From Candidatus Multivoradales bacterium (GTDB taxonomy: Bacteria > Acidobacteriota > Thermoanaerobaculia > Multivoradales > JAHEKO01), in NCBI GenBank assembly GCA_965223855.1, contig CBDCXM010000009.1, forward strand, positions 864,001-928,000: a stretch of DNA of 64,000 nucleotides, read 5' to 3'. Each line of letters opens with the position of its first letter. Within the stretch, counting starts at the first letter, position 1. This document shows, piece by piece, positions 9,175 to 17,086 of the stretch. The position numbers and the translations under genes are program-made. Under the pieces are notes generated by a model. The model was not told the origin of the DNA. It was given only the letters and a program-made list of their open reading frames with translations, and searched no databases.

Positions 9175-12100
9175 ATGTCCGCTGACCGAGATCTGATGCG
9201 CGTCCTCGATGCGTTGCGCGAGCTGTCGACGTCGGAGCTCGACAAGGGGCATCGCTTCGAGCGCCTGATGCTGGGCTTCCTGCGGGTTGCGCCGCAGTGG
9301 GCGACGAAGTTCTCGCACGTCTGGCTGTGGCAGGACTGGCCGGGGAACGGCGGCAAGGTCGATACCGGTATCGATCTGGTGGCCGAGCACGCCGACGGCT
9401 CGGGTCTGACGGCGATCCAATGCAAGTTCTTCGACGCTGCGAGCTCGCTGACACTCAAGGAGACCGGCACCTTCTTTGCGGCCTCCGAAGGGGCTCCGTT
9501 CACCGAGCGCATGCTGATCGCCACCACTTCGAAGTGGTCGGGGCATCTGCTCGACGCGATCGAGAAGCACGACAAGCCCACCGTCCGCCTCACCCTTCCC
9601 GATCTGGCCGACTCCGGCGTCGACTGGAGCGCCTGGAAGGACGACGGCTCGACCCCACTCCAACGCTGCACCCGCAAGCCGCTGCCGCATCAGGTGACGG
9701 CGATCGACAGGGTCCTCGCCGGCTTCGAGCAGCACGACCGCGGCCAGCTCATCATGGCGTGCGGTACCGGCAAGACCTTCGCCGGGCAGGTGATCGCCGA
9801 GCGGCTGGTGGGGAGCGATGGTTTGGTGCTGGTCCTGCTGCCGTCGATCTCGCTGCTGTCGCAGACGGTCAAGGAGTGGGCGGCGTGGTCGTCGCTGCCG
9901 CTGACGCCTTTCGCGGTCTGCTCCGACACCCGGGCTGGGGCGAAGGGCGATCAGGAGGACCTGTCGCCGTTCGATCTCGTGGTGCCGGCGACCACTGATC
10001 CGGAGGTGCTGCTCGACAACCTCGGCCGCGCCCCCGAGGGGCATCTGCGGGTGATCTTCTCCACTTACCAGTCCTCGCCGGTGATCTCCGCCGCGCAGGC
10101 TGCCGGGCTCGGCCGCTTCGACCTGGCGATCTGCGACGAGGCCCACCGCACCACCGGCGTGACGCTGGCCGGCGACGAGGACTCGAACTTCACCCGTATC
10201 CACGACGACGAACAGATAGCCGTCGCCCGGCGGCTTTACATGACGGCGACGCCACGTGTCTACAGCGACGGCTCGAAGGCCAAAGCGAGCGCTGAAGACG
10301 CCGTACTGGCGTCGATGGACGACGCGGCCACCTTCGGCCCCGAGTTCCACCGCATCGGTTTCCGCGAGGCGGTCGACCGGGGCCTGCTGACGGACTACAA
10401 AGTACTCGTACTGGCGGTCGACGAGCGGTCAGTCTCGACCGCCTTCCAGGACCTGATCTCGGACGCCGACCACGACCTGCGGCTCGAAGGGGCGGCGCGG
10501 ATGGTCGGCTGCCTCAACGCGCTCACCAAGCGCAACGCCCTCGGCAAAGCGTTCTCTGCGAGCGACACCGTGCCGATGCAGACCGCGCTCGCCTTCCACA
10601 CCACCATCGCCCAGTCGCAGGAGTTCGCGGCGCTCCTGAGTGAGGTTGCCGACCGTTACGACACCATGGTCGAGGACTTCGACGTCGCCGTCGAGGTCGA
10701 CCACGTCGACGGCGGCCACCACGCCCTCGAGCGCGAGGAGAAACTCGCCTGGCTCGCCGCCGACGTCGGCGACGACCGGGTGCGGGTGCTCTCCAACGCC
10801 CGCTGCCTCACCGAGGGGGTCGACGTGCCGACCCTCGACGCGGTGATGTTCCTCGAGCCGCGCAACTCGATGGTCGACGTCATCCAGGCGGTCGGCCGGG
10901 TCATGCGGCGCGACCCGACCGGGCGCAAGAAGCTCGGCTACGTCATCCTGCCGATCGGCATCCCGGCCGGCATCACGCCGGAGGAAGCGCTCGCCGACAA
11001 CCAGACCTACAAGGTGGTCTGGCAGGTGCTCAATGCGCTCCGCTCCCACGACGAGCGCCTGAACGCGGTCATCAACCAGCTCGAGCTCAACCGCGAGAAG
11101 CCGAAGCTCGTCGACATCCTCCCCGGTGGCGTCGGAGCCGTGGCGGGTGTGGCTGAGGACGAGGTGGACGCCTACGGCCGCCAGCTCACCCTCGGCTTCC
11201 CGATCGGCGAGGTCAGCGAGGCGATCTACGCCCAGCTCGTGAAGAAGGTCGGCACCCGCCACTACTGGGAGGACTGGGCGACCGACATCGCCGCCATCGC
11301 GGCGCGCCACGAGACCCGCATCCGCAGCCTGCTCGACGCGGGCGACGGTGACGGAGCGGAAGTGGCGGCGGAGTTCGAGCAGTTCGTCACCGGCCTGCGC
11401 GCCAACCTCAACGACGCCATCTCGACCGACGACGTCATCGGCATGCTCTCGCAGCACCTGATCACCCGCCCGGTGTTCGAGGCGCTGTTCGAGGGCTACG
11501 ACTTCATCGGCTCGAACCCGGTGTCGATCGCCATGCAGGGGATGATCGACCGCCTCGATCACCACAGTCTCGACAAGGAGGCGCGCACCCTCGAGCGTTT
11601 CTATAAGGACGTTCGTTTGCGCGCCGAAGGGATCGACAATGCCGAGGGCAAGCAGCGCATCATCACCGAGCTCTACGAGCGCTTCTTCGCCCGTGCGCTG
11701 CCGAAGACCGCCGATCAGTTGGGCATCGTCTACACCCCGATCGAAGTGGTCGACTTCCTGCTCCACGCCGCGAACGACGCCCTGGAGCGCCATCTCGGCT
11801 GTTCGCTCTCCGACGAAGGGGTCCACGTGCTCGACCCCTTCACCGGCACCGGCACCTTCGTCGTCCGGCTGCTCGAATCGGGGCTCGTCTCGCCGCACGA
11901 CCTGGCGCGCAAGTACGCCAGCGAACTGCACGCCAACGAGATCCTGCTGCTGGCGTACTACATCGCCGCGATCAACATCGAGGCGACCTACCACGACCTG
12001 ACGGCGGGCGCGGGCGACGGCCCGTACCAGGCCTTTCCCGGCATCGTGCTGACGGACACCTTCCAACTGGGCGAGGAGGGCGCCGGCTCCAACCTCGACC

Positions 12101-14019
12101 TGTTTGGCTCCAACAACCGCCGAGCGGAGCGCCAGAACGAGCTGCCGATCCGGGTGATCGTCGGCAACCCGCCCTACTCGGCGGGGCAGACCTCGGCCAA
12201 CGACAACGCGCAGAATCTCAAGTACCCGGCGCTCGACGCCCGGATCGGCGAGACCTACGCCGCGCGTTCCACCGCGACTCTCAAGAACAGCCTCTACGAC
12301 AGCTACATCCGGGCGCTCCGCTGGGCCTCCGACCGCATCGCCGACAACCCGGCCGGCGGGGTGGTGGCGTATGTGTCGAACGGCGGCTACATCGACTCCA
12401 ACGTTGCCGACGGTCTGCGACTGTCGCTGGCGGAGGAGTTCCACCACCTCTACGTCTACAACCTGCGTGGCAACCAGCGCACCGCCGGCGAGCAGTCCCG
12501 CAAGGAGGGTGGCAAGGTCTTCGGCCAGGGGAGCCGCGCGACCGTCGCGCTGCTGCTCGCTGTGCGCGAGGAGGGGGCGGTGCCGGAGAGCGGGGCCGAA
12601 CTCCACTACCGTGACATCGGTGACTACCTCACCCGGGTGCAGAAGCTCGCGCGGTTGCGCGACGAGGCCGCGGCGGAGTCACCGCTGGCGGCGGTCGAGT
12701 GGCAGGAGGTCGAGCCGAACGAGCATGGAGATTGGATCAACCAGCGGTCGGAGCGGTTCGCAACCTTTTATCCGATGCTCGAGCCGGAAGACAAGGACAG
12801 CATTTTCTTGATGCGGACCAGCGGTCTCGTCACCTCTCGGGACGCATGGAACTACAACAGCGGTAGACCCACGTTGCTCAAGAACGTGGAGAAGATGGTC
12901 GAGTTCTTCAACCGGGAGGCAGAGCGTTTCGAGAAGGACCACCCTAGCCTGACCGGCACCATGAAGGAGCTCTCAACGACAGCAAGAAGCTACGTTAGCC
13001 TAGACCCTAGGAAGTTCAGTTGGGACTACTCGGATTTTGGTCGAATCGCTAAGAACGAGCGCCACGAGGTCGACCTCTCGTGGGCGTACGTAGCTCAGTA
13101 CCGTCCCTTCGAGAAGCGGCATGTGATCGCCCAGCCGAGCCTCAACAATCGCACGTATCAGCTCCCTAGGCTCTTCCCTTCGTCAGAGGCTCGAACCCTA
13201 ACGATCACGCTGACGGAGGCGGGTTCACGAGTGCCATTCTCATGCTTGCTTGTTGATCGACTACCCGATAGCAAGGTCTACATCGACGCTATTCGTTGCT
13301 TTCCCATGAGGACGTTCGAAGGTCTAACTAGTGACGAACCGAGCCTGTTCGACAGCCACGAGCAGGACGGTTGGCGGTCGAACCTCTCGCCCACAGCCCT
13401 CGCCCGCTACCAGCAGCTCGATCCTTCCCTCACCGACGAAGACCTCTTCTTCCACGTCTACGGCCTCCTCCACGCCCCCGACTACCGGTCCGCGTTCGCC
13501 GCCGACCTCAAGAAGTCGCTGCCGCGCATTCCGCCGGTGGACACACCGGAACTCTTCTGGGCGTTCAGCAACGCCGGCCGCGCGCTTGCCGATCTTCACC
13601 TGGGCTACGAGGAAGTCGAGCCGTGGCCCGACCTCGAGGTCACCTTCGCCGACGGCTTCGACGACGCCAACCCCGACCACTGGCGGGTCGAGAAGATGCG
13701 CTACCCGAAGGTCACCGATCCCGAGACGAAGAAGAAGGTCAACGACCTCACCACCGTCGTCGTCAACCGCTTCCTCACCGTCGCCGGCATCCCCGAGCGG
13801 GCTCACGACTACCGCCTCGGCTCACGCTCGGCGGTCGACTGGATCCTCAACCAGTACCAGGTCAAGACCCACAAGAAGTCGGGCATCACCAACGACCCCA
13901 ACGACTGGGCGACCGAGCACGGCAAGCCGAGCTACATCTTCGACCTGCTGTGCTCGGTGGTCACGGTGTCGATGAGAACCCTCGACATCGTAGAGGGCCT
14001 GCCGCCTCTCGATCTCTAG
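9175..14019 (+). CDS. Type ISP restriction-modification enzyme (LlaGI/LlaBIII-like: Mrr-type nuclease, SF2 helicase, N6-adenine MTase, TRD), about 1614 aa
   Basis: ATG 9175 after GGAG. Nuclease DTGIDL...AIQCK; Walker A MACGTGKT; DEAH; MTATP; QAVGRVMR; LGIVYTP; DPFTGTGTF; VGNPPYS; NLRGNQR; C-terminal LKKSLPRIP and SGITNDPND. The upstream ORF extension (7795-9174) is a shadow of the preceding gene. Confidence 0.95.
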   Translation: MSADRDLMRVLDALRELSTSELDKGHRFERLMLGFLRVAPQWATKFSHVWLWQDWPGNGGKVDTGIDLVAEHADGSGLTAIQCKFFDAASSLTLKETGTFFAASEGAPFTERMLIATTSKWSGHLLDAIEKHDKPTVRLTLPDLADSGVDWSAWKDDGSTPLQRCTRKPLPHQVTAIDRVLAGFEQHDRGQLIMACGTGKTFAGQVIAERLVGSDGLVLVLLPSISLLSQTVKEWAAWSSLPLTPFAVCSDTRAGAKGDQEDLSPFDLVVPATTDPEVLLDNLGRAPEGHLRVIFSTYQSSPVISAAQAAGLGRFDLAICDEAHRTTGVTLAGDEDSNFTRIHDDEQIAVARRLYMTATPRVYSDGSKAKASAEDAVLASMDDAATFGPEFHRIGFREAVDRGLLTDYKVLVLAVDERSVSTAFQDLISDADHDLRLEGAARMVGCLNALTKRNALGKAFSASDTVPMQTALAFHTTIAQSQEFAALLSEVADRYDTMVEDFDVAVEVDHVDGGHHALEREEKLAWLAADVGDDRVRVLSNARCLTEGVDVPTLDAVMFLEPRNSMVDVIQAVGRVMRRDPTGRKKLGYVILPIGIPAGITPEEALADNQTYKVVWQVLNALRSHDERLNAVINQLELNREKPKLVDILPGGVGAVAGVAEDEVDAYGRQLTLGFPIGEVSEAIYAQLVKKVGTRHYWEDWATDIAAIAARHETRIRSLLDAGDGDGAEVAAEFEQFVTGLRANLNDAISTDDVIGMLSQHLITRPVFEALFEGYDFIGSNPVSIAMQGMIDRLDHHSLDKEARTLERFYKDVRLRAEGIDNAEGKQRIITELYERFFARALPKTADQLGIVYTPIEVVDFLLHAANDALERHLGCSLSDEGVHVLDPFTGTGTFVVRLLESGLVSPHDLARKYASELHANEILLLAYYIAAINIEATYHDLTAGAGDGPYQAFPGIVLTDTFQLGEEGAGSNLDLFGSNNRRAERQNELPIRVIVGNPPYSAGQTSANDNAQNLKYPALDARIGETYAARSTATLKNSLYDSYIRALRWASDRIADNPAGGVVAYVSNGGYIDSNVADGLRLSLAEEFHHLYVYNLRGNQRTAGEQSRKEGGKVFGQGSRATVALLLAVREEGAVPESGAELHYRDIGDYLTRVQKLARLRDEAAAESPLAAVEWQEVEPNEHGDWINQRSERFATFYPMLEPEDKDSIFLMRTSGLVTSRDAWNYNSGRPTLLKNVEKMVEFFNREAERFEKDHPSLTGTMKELSTTARSYVSLDPRKFSWDYSDFGRIAKNERHEVDLSWAYVAQYRPFEKRHVIAQPSLNNRTYQLPRLFPSSEARTLTITLTEAGSRVPFSCLLVDRLPDSKVYIDAIRCFPMRTFEGLTSDEPSLFDSHEQDGWRSNLSPTALARYQQLDPSLTDEDLFFHVYGLLHAPDYRSAFAADLKKSLPRIPPVDTPELFWAFSNAGRALADLHLGYEEVEPWPDLEVTFADGFDDANPDHWRVEKMRYPKVTDPETKKKVNDLTTVVVNRFLTVAGIPERAHDYRLGSRSAVDWILNQYQVKTHKKSGITNDPNDWATEHGKPSYIFDLLCSVVTVSMRTLDIVEGLPPLDL

Positions 14020-14050
14020 CCTGCCGAGGCACCCGGTAGACTGAACTGCT

Positions 14051-14854
14051 ATGCAGAGCCGTGGCGTCCACCTGCCTCCTCCTCATCGCACCTTCCTCGA
14101 CAACGCTCTCCACCAGCTCCCCGCCGACCCGCGCCTGATCGGCCTCGCCGTCGGCGGCTCGTATCTCGACGACGCGCTCGACGAGTTCAGCGACCTCGAT
14201 TTCGTCGTCGGCGTCGAGCCGGCGGCGTTTGACGAGGTGATGGTGGCACGCCTGAAGATCGCCCGCGGCCTAGGCCCGCTGCTGGCCGGTTTCAGCGGCG
14301 AGCACGTCGGCGAGCCGCGGGTGCTGATCTGCCTCTACGGGCCGCCGCTGCTCCATGTCGATCTCAAGTTCGTCAGCGAGCCCGATCTCGCCGAACGGGT
14401 CGAGGACCCGCAGGTGTTGTGGGAGCGCGACGGGCGGATGACGGCGGCTCTCGAACGGGGAGAGGCGCGGTTCCCGCAGCCCGACCCGCAGTGGATCGAG
14501 GATCGTTTCTGGGTCTGGGTGCACTACGGGGCCGCCAAGATCGGCCGCGGCGAGCTGTTCGAGGCGCTCGGCTTCCTGGCCTTCCTGCGCGAGCGGGTGC
14601 TCGGACCGCTCGCGCTGGCGAGTCGCGGCGAGCAGCCGACCGGGGTGCGCAAGCTCGAGCGGCTGCTGCCCGACCTCCAGCCGGCATTCGAGGCGACCGT
14701 GGCGGCGTACTCGGCGCACTCAGCGGCCGCAGCGCTCGGGGCGGCGTCGGACTTCTACCTCGAGCTGCGGGAGGACCTCGACGTCGAGCGTCACGAGGCT
14801 GCGGAGAGAGAGGCGCTGGCGTATCTCGAGGAGATCGCCGGCCGCGCCGGGTGA
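14051..14854 (+). CDS. Nucleotidyltransferase domain protein (Pol-beta-like, aminoglycoside/lincosamide adenylyltransferase-like)
   Basis: GGSYL...DEFSDLD motif, HVDLKF, C-terminal helical domain with RGELFEA. Confidence 0.8.
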   Translation: MQSRGVHLPPPHRTFLDNALHQLPADPRLIGLAVGGSYLDDALDEFSDLDFVVGVEPAAFDEVMVARLKIARGLGPLLAGFSGEHVGEPRVLICLYGPPLLHVDLKFVSEPDLAERVEDPQVLWERDGRMTAALERGEARFPQPDPQWIEDRFWVWVHYGAAKIGRGELFEALGFLAFLRERVLGPLALASRGEQPTGVRKLERLLPDLQPAFEATVAAYSAHSAAAALGAASDFYLELREDLDVERHEAAEREALAYLEEIAGRAG

Positions 14855-14857
14855 CGA

Positions 14858-15412
14858 CTACTCTTCTTCCGAGGCCCGGTTCTCAGCCTTCGAGGCCAGG
14901 CGGCGCTCTATCTCGATCTCGGACTGCAGGCGTCGGAGCTTCTCGACGTCGACGAGGTCGATTGGCCGTCCGGAGTCGAGTTTCATGCGGATGAGATCCT
15001 CGAGGCCGAGGAAGCGGGCTGGCACGCCGGTCGCCGCGTCGTCGACGAAGGCGCGCTCGTAGACGGCGTCGAAGTCGAACGGCTCTTCGAGGAAGAGGTC
15101 GATCCGCATCAGAGGGTCGCGCTGGTGATAGAGCTGGAAGACGACCGCGTGCTTCTCTTCCTGCCAGCGCCGGCGCTCCTCCGCGCTGGCGAAGCTCTCG
15201 AAGGGAACCGGAACGGTGGGCTGGTAGCCGAGCTCGACAAGGGCGCCGATGGCTCGCTGGAGGTTCTCGGGCTCTAGCTGGAGCACCAGGTCGATGTCCT
15301 TGGTCGCGCGGACGTAGCCGTGAGCGACGACGGCGACACCGCCGACGACGAGGTAGCGCACTCTTGCTTCTTCGAGTGCCCGCAGGATGGCGACGAAGTA
15401 CTCGACGACCAT
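14858..15412 (-). CDS. Nucleotidyltransferase, MenT/AbiEii-like fold
   Basis: YLVVGGVAVVAHGYVRATKDIDL, RIDLF and DLIRMK...RPIDLVD motifs. Confidence 0.8.
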   Translation of the reverse strand: MVVEYFVAILRALEEARVRYLVVGGVAVVAHGYVRATKDIDLVLQLEPENLQRAIGALVELGYQPTVPVPFESFASAEERRRWQEEKHAVVFQLYHQRDPLMRIDLFLEEPFDFDAVYERAFVDDAATGVPARFLGLEDLIRMKLDSGRPIDLVDVEKLRRLQSEIEIERRLASKAENRASEEE

Positions 15413-15429
15413 GTTGGTACTCTACAGGT
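15413..15429. promoter_or_regulatory. Putative bidirectional promoter with overlapping -10 hexamers
   Basis: Plus strand TACTCT at 15418-15423 lies 6 nt before GTG 15430. Minus strand TAGAGT at 15424-15419 lies 6 nt before ATG 15412. Confidence 0.6.
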
Positions 15430-15642
15430 GTGACCGTGCCGGAACTTCAGCGAGACCCCTGGTTCTACGCCACCTGGGAAGGCAACGAGATCGCCACACT
15501 GCTCGCCGGCGCTCGCCTGACGCTGCCCGAGAAGCTTCAATGGCTCGAGGATGCCTGCCGGATGGCTGAGTATTTCGAGGGGCGCCGGGTCGAGGGGCGC
15601 AGCGTCGAGGCGAAGCAGAAGTCGGGTCCCGAAGCGGAGTAG
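15430..15642 (+). CDS. Small (70 aa) protein, paralog 1, candidate nucleotidyltransferase partner or antitoxin
   Basis: DPWFYATWEGNE...LTLPEKLQWLE. 24/45 identical residues with the next ORF by manual alignment. Confidence 0.6.
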   Translation: MTVPELQRDPWFYATWEGNEIATLLAGARLTLPEKLQWLEDACRMAEYFEGRRVEGRSVEAKQKSGPEAE

Positions 15643-15652
15643 CGTCGTCGGT

Positions 15653-15859
15653 TTGGCCCGCTGGCAACCACCGGGAGACCCGTGGCGCTACGTCACCTGG
15701 GAGGGCGCGGAGCTGGCGAACCTCCTCCACGGTCGAAGCCTGTCAATGCTCGAGAAGCTCGACTGGCTGGAGGAGATGAGCCGCGTCGTCGAGCACCTTC
15801 AGGGGCGGGCGAAGGCAAGGACGCGCGGTCGCTCCGAAGCCGTCGACTGCGGTGACTGA
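15653..15859 (+). CDS. Small (about 68 aa) protein, paralog 2, candidate nucleotidyltransferase partner or antitoxin
   Basis: DPWRYVTWEGAE...LSMLEKLDWLE. Probable TTG start at 15653 downstream of GGAG. Confidence 0.6.
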   Translation: MARWQPPGDPWRYVTWEGAELANLLHGRSLSMLEKLDWLEEMSRVVEHLQGRAKARTRGRSEAVDCGD

Positions 15860-15913
15860 CGCCTCCGGCCGTTCAGCGGACAGGCCCCTGCGAAACTCCG
15901 TTTCCGATGCGGG

Positions 15914-17086
15914 TCAGTTCGCCTTCCGGTAAGGCCTCACGTAAGGCGTCTCGTCCGCCCGCGCCTTGCGCTGCCAGCGCCAGACGAGGAGCAGCAGCAG
16001 TGCCGCGACGACGATCCAGAAGACCTTGAGGCACGGATCTCGGTGGACGTGCTCGGGCTTCTCCGGGTGCGGCGGCGCGAGGTACGGGAACTCGGCCGCG
16101 AATGGCTTGTCGTTGACCGTCTTGCGCGGCCAGCCCCCCTCGATGAAGGCGACCTCCTGGAGGACGCAGTCGCCCTGGGCGCAGGTCAGCCCGGCGACGT
16201 CGTCCTCGAGGCGCCGGCCGTTGGGAAAGCCGGGCGCGCGGGAGTCGCTGTAGATGAGGACGTCGGGGAAGACGTCGTAGTCGCGCACCTGGAGGACGTA
16301 CTGGTAGAGGCCCTGGAGCGCGCTCACCGGCATCAGGTGCTCCATCAGGTGGGCGAGCACCTTCTGCACCCGGTTACCGCCGGCGAGGCGCTTCTCGACC
16401 GCTGCGACGTGCTCGTCGGGCGGCAGGGTGTTGAGAAAGTCGAGGCGGCCGAGCTGGGTGCGGTTGGAGCGGCCGACGAGGTCGATCTGCTCGCCTTTGC
16501 CGGCCTTGGTGGTCGTCGCCCAGACGAGCATCGAGCCGCTGGGGATCGCACTCCTGGGGAGCGCCACGGCCATGGCGATCACGTTGGTGCCGAAGAAGCG
16601 GGGGAAGATGAACGGGTCGTCGTAGACCCCGCTCGCGACCTTCGCTCCGGCGCCGGAGATCCCCTCGTAGCGCGGGTAGCCCTCCGTGAGGTCGCCCTTC
16701 TCGTCGAGCCGGAAGCGCAGTGACACGTCGGCGGAGATCCCCTCCGGATTGGGAATGCTGCCGCCGTAGCGGGCGAGCTCGGAGTCGTTGCCGAACATCA
16801 CCCGGCTGTGGTGGTCGATGTGGATCGCATACTCGAACTTCTCGAGGTCGTAGGGGGGCGTCGAGGTGAGGCCGCGGTGGAGGGTGAGGATGAACACCAG
16901 ATCGTCGCCTTCGGGAAAGACGAACAGGCCGGTGAGGCCGGCGTCGAGGTTGCTCAGGGTGATCGGGTCGGCGTGGTCGGAAGCGCCCGCGGCGGCCGCG
17001 ACGAGCAGGAGCGCCGCCAGGAAGGCGGCCGCAGTGCCAGTACGAGTGCCAGTGCCGGTGCCAGTGCCAGTTCGAGAGCGGCTCAT
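15914..17086 (-). CDS. Secreted DUF4331-like protein with C-terminal membrane anchor
   Basis: ATG 17086 overlaps the true GMC stop (ATGA). Signal peptide, then ASDHADP, DDPFIF, GFPNGRRLEDDV, NDKPFAAEFPYLAPP and a C-terminal TM helix. Confidence 0.8.
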   Translation of the reverse strand: MSRSRTGTGTGTGTRTGTAAAFLAALLLVAAAAGASDHADPITLSNLDAGLTGLFVFPEGDDLVFILTLHRGLTSTPPYDLEKFEYAIHIDHHSRVMFGNDSELARYGGSIPNPEGISADVSLRFRLDEKGDLTEGYPRYEGISGAGAKVASGVYDDPFIFPRFFGTNVIAMAVALPRSAIPSGSMLVWATTTKAGKGEQIDLVGRSNRTQLGRLDFLNTLPPDEHVAAVEKRLAGGNRVQKVLAHLMEHLMPVSALQGLYQYVLQVRDYDVFPDVLIYSDSRAPGFPNGRRLEDDVAGLTCAQGDCVLQEVAFIEGGWPRKTVNDKPFAAEFPYLAPPHPEKPEHVHRDPCLKVFWIVVAALLLLLVWRWQRKARADETPYVRPYRKAN

